Both the position numbers and the translations under genes were made by a program. A stretch of DNA of 64,000 bases from Rickettsiales bacterium (lineage in GTDB: Bacteria > Pseudomonadota > Alphaproteobacteria > Rickettsiales > JAJNBL01). Under the pieces are notes generated by a model. It was not told the origin of the DNA and ran no database searches. It saw only the letters and a program-made list of their open reading frames with translations. The stretch is taken from positions 115,897-179,896 of the forward strand of contig JAJNBL010000003.1 of NCBI GenBank assembly GCA_021156175.1, given 5' to 3'. Positions 63,735 to 64,000 of this stretch are shown here, piece by piece (within the stretch, counting starts at the first letter, position 1; every line of letters begins with the position of its first letter).

Positions 63735-64000
63735 ATGAGCAAAGACACTGTAATTAACAACTATTTGACTGGACAAAAGTTAGAAGATTTTAAATACCTT
63801 TTTTTAATGAGGGAAATTTCTAATCAAATCCAAAGAATGCACAGCACGAATCAGGAAGAAGTAGCAGATGCATCTAGTCTATTAAGGGGCGCGCTGACTA
63901 TGCTAAATGCTGAATTAACAACTATGCATACTCGCTTAACGCCTGTACTATCTAACGATCCGATAATGTCTACTATACAGAAGATTGCTGGACAGATTAT
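63735..64000 (+). CDS. hypothetical protein, 5' part; continues past the right edge
   Basis: ATG at 63735 with GAGG upstream. By hand translation the frame stays open to the window end (MSKDTVINNYLTGQKLEDFKYLFLMREISNQIQRMHSTNQEEVADASSLLRG...). It is missing from the track because it is open-ended. Confidence 0.5.
   Translation, partial: MSKDTVINNYLTGQKLEDFKYLFLMREISNQIQRMHSTNQEEVADASSLLRGALTMLNAELTTMHTRLTPVLSNDPIMSTIQKIAGQI

Noticed and set aside
1-64000. CRISPR arrays, rRNA operons, IS elements, integrases, prophage blocks, classical defence systems
   Set aside because: I scanned for regularly spaced direct repeats, DDE or tyrosine-recombinase motifs and phage structural genes. None was found apart from the isolated g15-like gene and the small palindromic elements reported above.

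Overview
This looks like an alphaproteobacterial chromosome segment, based on the ffs-dnaX-ybaB-recR synteny, a gene-transfer-agent g15 homolog and alpha-type housekeeping genes. Conserved genes include kdsA, hisS, prfA, an Nfu/NifU gene, alr, queF, apaG, greA, carAB, a DD-carboxypeptidase, recR, ybaB, dnaX, ppiD, tpiA, three tRNAs and SRP RNA. These are interrupted repeatedly by accessory genes typical of protist- or host-associated bacteria. At least nine genes encode eukaryote-like repeat proteins (ankyrin, RI-type LRR, and a 40-41-residue ANK-like repeat), most with Ser/Pro/Lys-rich disordered tails. The points most worth a second look are listed here. (1) An orphan operon encodes two GspG/pilin-like proteins (one with a LamG end) plus a 7-blade FG-GAP propeller. 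(2) A compact cluster encodes an acyl/aryl-AMP ligase-dehydratase fusion, a membrane protein, an ACP and a flavin halogenase-like protein; a HydE-like radical SAM/GT2/methyltransferase operon lies nearby. (3) One repeat-protein gene is bracketed by a duplicated recR 3' end. (4) A tandem pair of paralogous genes is built from a roughly 90-residue module preceded by KKRSPSP motifs. (5) A promoter-to-terminator unit carries two CCCTCCTCC (anti-Shine-Dalgarno) motifs, resembling cuckoo/CcsR sRNAs. (6) A peptide deformylase paralog lacks its metal ligands. (7) The GTA g15 'host specificity' gene stands alone. (8) Several families of small palindromic (MITE/REP-like) elements are present, one of which supplies a stop codon and another a false N-terminal extension. 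I found no CRISPR array, rRNA, transposase or integrase.
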